From contig JBHLNF010000003.1 of the NCBI GenBank assembly GCA_048937405.1, forward strand, positions 96,001 through 160,000: a stretch of 64,000 bases of DNA, written 5' to 3'. The notes beneath the pieces were generated by a model that saw nothing but the letters and a program-made list of their open reading frames with translations, was not told the origin of the DNA and made no database searches. The position numbers and the translations under genes are program-made. This document shows positions 45,001 through 51,000 of this stretch, piece after piece; positions within the stretch are counted from its first letter, which is position 1, and every line of letters begins with the position of its first letter. Source of the DNA: Promethearchaeota archaeon. GTDB lineage: Archaea; Asgardarchaeota; Lokiarchaeia; Sigyniarchaeales; SOKP01.

Positions 45001-48000
45001 TTACATTCTATCTTGAGGGATCTGAAATCAATAAACCGAAGTATCTAAATGACCGTACGAAATACGATGATATAGACGAGGATAGTCAAGCGGCTGCGGT
45101 AAAAGGTCATCCAGGCGGATACTATACATTAGTACGGGGTGGTCAGTTAGGATCAGAGTATCTTGCAGAAGCTGTAGTATCACCGAAAAATTCACGAAGA
45201 ACTAATGAAGGGCTAATTAATTACTATACCTATGGAGCTTGGACAAATGATCCATTTGTCTATGTTGGATTGAACTACGATGAGCAAAACTTAGATTATC
45301 TGCTACTTACTAGTGAATTATACTCCTACAATGATGAAGAGTATTACTCATATCGTGTTGGCCCAGGATTTGTAAGCATTCAGGATGGAAAAGAATATAA
45401 TGAGTATAAATACAATACTCTCGGATATTTAGAAAAAGCAATTGCAGAAGAAACAAATGGAGCGTTAAATGCAATTCTTCCTACGTGTGTAGGCGGAAGA
45501 CCAGAATATCTATTCATTGATAAAAATTCTGATTTGTATCAACTTGTGCTTCCGCAATCTCATTTATATCAATCCCTTGTTGTGAATCCTAATGTCTATG
45601 ATAATAATAATTTTGCGAACGGCATTCTTGATGTGGATATTGACCCGTCTGGCATAAAAGGAATAAATCCTTATGAAATGACTGTTATCGAACAACTCTT
45701 ATATAGTGCGAAGATACCGTTACATAACTTTAATTATGAAATAGTTAGTACCGTATTATATATACGGGATAAGAATGGTAATCCTAAAGCTGATGTAGAA
45801 CTAACCCAAGAAGTTGATTATTTGATTGATGAAGGTTCTCTTTATCTTTTAGCTCCCATTTACGAACTTCTTGCGCGAGATTCCAAGTTTGAAGAGTATA
45901 TGAATGCAAGAGCATCTGGATATTACTTCTCAATAAGTATTGAATTCAAACGGATAATACCAGATGATTCAGATGAAGATCACAAGATAGCATTGCAACA
46001 GGCAACATCCTATATTATCATGGAGTATTTCAACCAGTATGAATTTGCAACAACCACAGCTCGAATGACTGCAGAACTTGGATATACAGTACGTCTCACT
46101 GAAGTATCAACCGCCTTATCAGTAGTTGCAATGTATCTGAGTAAAGGATTAACCAAAGGTTTAGAAGAAAAATTCCTTGCAAAATCAACACTAACGGCCT
46201 CACAAACAGTGTCTAAGGCACTAACAGTAAAGAATCTATTACTTACCATGTTAAAAGAATCATTATCAGAAGTAATAGAAGAAACGATCTGGGATGCATA
46301 TATTGAACAATGGGTTAAAAATTACATTGAAGAAACGGGTGGAACAGCACAAATGGAATTCTGGTTATCTTCTATTTTAACCTCATTGAGGGAAACAGCG
46401 TTCGGTGCTGGTGATATATACAGGGGAATCCGTCAGGAGGTCCAATTACAGACCCAAATAAAGGCGTTTTCTCAACTTGATCCAACTCTACAGAATTTCA
46501 TGAGCGAGTTACGTCTACAAAATCCTGGTATCAGTGATAAACAATTGCGTATACAATATAGAGCTGATTTTGCTCAACTCCTCGCTGAAGAACAGCAAAA
46601 ACAAACCCAAAATAACAATCAAAAAGCACAAAATAAGAGAAGTTATAAAGAAGTCTTACGTAAAATTCCAACAGCACTGTTAAAAGGTATAATGGGTGCG
46701 ATGTTTATTTTCAACCTTGATGCATATGTAAAAACTTTCATCGGAGTTCTTGGCACTTCGGTGACATTAACCCCGATAAAAAATTACATGACTAAACAGC
46801 ATCAAAAACGAATAAATCCAGGATTATCTCTTGATGAGAAGCATCCAGTTAATGATATTGATCTAAATAAGCCAGCATCTCTTATCTTCGACCTAGAAGG
46901 TCGTCAAAAATTAATGACAGATAGAGATCTTGTCCTTCTTTCCTATTCGGCAAAGTTGCTTGATCCAAAAGCAATGGTCGATAGACAATTCGATAAAAGT
47001 TATAATACACTACAACTGGAATATAAACCAACTGCACAAACAGTCACTAGTAATACATACCAATTAGAAAAAGCAAGACAAGGATTACTAATTCAAAAGA
47101 AATTATATGATACAGGTAAAACTGGAAGAATCGAAGAAACGACTCTAGATGTTGAAGAGGCTTATCGTGTATCACAACAAGTTGTTGATGTAGAAGTTAT
47201 AATTGATGATGTTCAAATGAATGTATTTACGCCACAATTATACTCAAGAGAAGCAATATATTTATATTTATGGAGTCAAACAAGAGATCCTACTATAGTC
47301 TCTCTTCCTAGAAGGGCCAGTATTGAAGCCTTAAAACAAAATATTATCCGTAAGTTTAATCTTAATTTAGCTACCAGGACAGATTCACTCGATTCAATAA
47401 CCGTCTCCAATGATTTTGTAGTAGTTGATTTTGACATTAATCGAGTATATGATATAGATAATTTTGCGACTGTGGGGGAAATAATTGATGCCCATCCAAA
47501 TTTCAGAATTATGAGGACTATAAATCTTGAACCAAATACCCCTATTACAACTGTACGCGATTTTAGAGAAATTGAATATTATTCTTCAACACAAAGAAGT
47601 GGTACATATTTAAGATTTGGAGAAATTAATCCAGATGATAACACACTTTCCCCTATAGAATCATTACCAGAAACCCAAGCGGGAAGAAGAACTGCAGACG
47701 TACTTGAACATAGAGGTGGAGGAAATGAATTTATAAGACGCTTAATTAGAAAGATCACTGGCGGTATAAGAGGAATTTTTAAAGGTACTGAAACAACCCA
47801 GAGAGTTCTTAATCAACCCGAACTACCTCTATTCGTAACTGAATTACAACGGGCGTCTGATGATATCCTGTATTTTAACCCTAATACCCCAAATACTGAT
47901 CGTCAAGTTACTATTCGACAACAACTCGATTTTGTAAGAGATTTCATTAGAGATGAACTTGTTATAGTATTACGAGAAAGATTAGAGCTACTTGGAGTTG

Positions 48001-51000
48001 CATCTGAGGTACACTCGAATGATATGATTGAAAAAGTCACAGAAATTATACTTCAGATATATGATGAATTTTACATACATCAATACGAAGCACATCAACA
48101 ACTTCTTGGAAGTGATCAGAGAAATCTTAACCTACTTGATAAAGAAGTACGGTTAAATTGGGAACGTGTAATACAGAATAACTTACTAGCTTATATAATT
48201 GACTACTTCCCAGCAGAAAATGGTGTTTTAATCAGGAATTTTAATTCAAGAGATCAAAATTTGCACAGGAATATTTTTGTATCGGTTTTGGATAAATTAG
48301 AAGATATTAATGATAGGAAGGAAATCATTGATCGACGACGTTTATTTTGTATGTCAGTTATAGAGAGTATGCTGATTTCAAACGATATTGAAAGAATAAA
48401 TAACGATCCAGCTGGAGCAGAAATAACTCGGTTCCTTGGACCTACGGCTAGAGGGAGGAATAGAGCGTTTTCTGAGCTTTTTTTCGCTTTATTTGGAAAA
48501 TTCAGTTCAGATACCGAGATCAACACAGGTGCTTTACAGGAAACTCATGATTTCATGTATTTGTTACCAAAAATTATTCTAGGGTTGTTTTTCGAACATG
48601 TGGGAGGAAATATACAAGATATTAACTATGAATATTCCTATAACAAATTTAGTTATGCTGATGCAACCTCTATTTTCAACTTAGTTAGGGAATTATTTAA
48701 CGGAGGTAGTCTTCTTCATGCTGAAGGAGATATACGAGCGGAAGATGTGTTTTCAGATCATATGTTTACATTGATTAATTCACACTTTAAACATCAGATT
48801 ATTAATATAATCTCTAAGAATCTTCAAGATGGAGGTCATGCTAGAACTCGAATGGATCTCATTGAAAGTGACTTATGGAAGGCTCTTAATTCAATTAAAA
48901 ATCTCGCTGGGACAGATAAATTAGAAATGGATAAAATATTAGCAAAAATAGTAATTGATATGCAGGCACTTAGAGGAATGGACAGTACAGGGAGAGAGAA
49001 TACTGAATTCAGTACAGTAGAATCCCTTTTAAGACACAGATTTAATGATGTTTCTGCTAAATCTATAATCAGATCAACAGAGTGGAGAAATCAAATTAAT
49101 ACTAATAGTAAGTCAGATATTTCTGAGATATATTCACAAAGATGGATACATTCACGAATATTAGGAATCGCTAGTAATATTATATATGAGGGTGGGATAT
49201 TTCATGCCGACCGTTATGCTGCTATATATGATCTGCTAACCAGCACTCGAGAAATTATAAGTCAAACTGGCACTCTTAATACTAATCCATGGCGAGAAAG
49301 ACGTGGAGGTACCTTGTATAGAGTTAGACCATTGGGAACCTGGACACCAGGCACAATTTATCAAAATAATCAAATTGAAGTACTTATTGAAATATCACCA
49401 ACCAACAAATTCGAAATAACTATCAACTTCCTTGAAGATGGTGGGAATGTTGGGAAAAATCTTGAACGTGGGGATACTTTCCTACAACAATCTGGGTATT
49501 GGATTTCATCTTGTCTTAATTTCGTTGAAAATATATTGGTTACTCCAACTAGTATTGCTAATTATCTTAGATTATTAAGAAATGATTTTGAAGATCGTTT
49601 AGGGACATCATATCTTCATTGGGATGAAACTGGGGAATATACAACAGGATTAAATCTGGTTGCTGGGTGGAATAGTGGAGTGTTAATTGAGGGTAATTTG
49701 AATATAAACAATATACCTAATAGTATAGATACAAGTAATGCTGAATTTGATCCCATTAGTGGTAATCTTATTGGATCTTACATTCCAATGTCCCGAGAAT
49801 TAGATGACAATACTATCCAATATGGCTTATTGCGTGTAGAACAGGATAGTGATGGAGTCTACTGGCATATTCATCCCTCAAATACTCTTGTGGGTACAGA
49901 TTGGGCTCCAATTTTGATAGAGAGAGAAGATGGATATATTCCGTTTTTTGTTCAGGTTGAATTAAATGTAAGAGAAAGAAAAGTCACTTATTTAGGATTT
50001 AGTAACAATCGATTAGATAGTTCTGGTTTCTCTTTTGATAGCGATTGGTTCATGTCAACAGATCCAGAAATACAAGCGGCATTAGAAGAAGCTATGTCAA
50101 GTGGAGGGTTTACAGAATATACATTATATTTTTCATGGCATGGAAATGAAATAACTGGATGGTCGATACATACGAATATAGAGAATATGTATTTAGCTTA
50201 TGGTCATTATAGAGACTCTTATAATAGATTTAAAAATGTAAGAAGAAGTAGGCAAGATCCCTATCAGGATCCCGGATTATTTGAGCTTAAAAGATTAATT
50301 GAGTATGAAAGATATCTACGATATGGCGAAATAGCTCGAGTAGGTGTACAAGCGGAAATAAATAAGGATGGAACTATATATTTTACTGATTCAACACTCC
50401 AAAAGGAAAACACGAAGTTGATATTTAAAATGGCAGAAGATCAGTTAATCACAGCCACAACAACAGAGATTTCCGAAATAAGGAACTATTTCTCATTGAT
50501 AAATGCTTATTATTTTGGAGCTTCTGATCCACCAATAAATATTATACATGCAGATGACGTTGACATTTATTTAAGCGCACTTGAACAATCAGCAAAAAAG
50601 ATCCTTGGTGATACAAAAACAGCGGAATTGATGAATTCCATATTTTTCAATGAAATGAGGGACGGTCAATTACGATTTAACAACAAACAGATGCTGAAGA
50701 ATTGGGCAAAGGGTATGTTGCTGTTATTACAAAACTATTATAATGATCCAAATAGAGAAGTAATTCTACGTCTTGAAGGATTACTTAACCACTTTGAATT
50801 GAATAGTTTAACATTCACGGATAGTAATGAACTCTTTCAAGAGTCAGATAAAAACACTTTTCAAAAATTACAAACATTGCTTTGGACAATATTTGGACCA
50901 TATACTTACTTAAAGATGCTAACAGGTGGAATAACATTTAAAGATGGCAAAACACGATATTGGAATTTACCATTTTATGATTTTCTGCTTGCGATTAATC

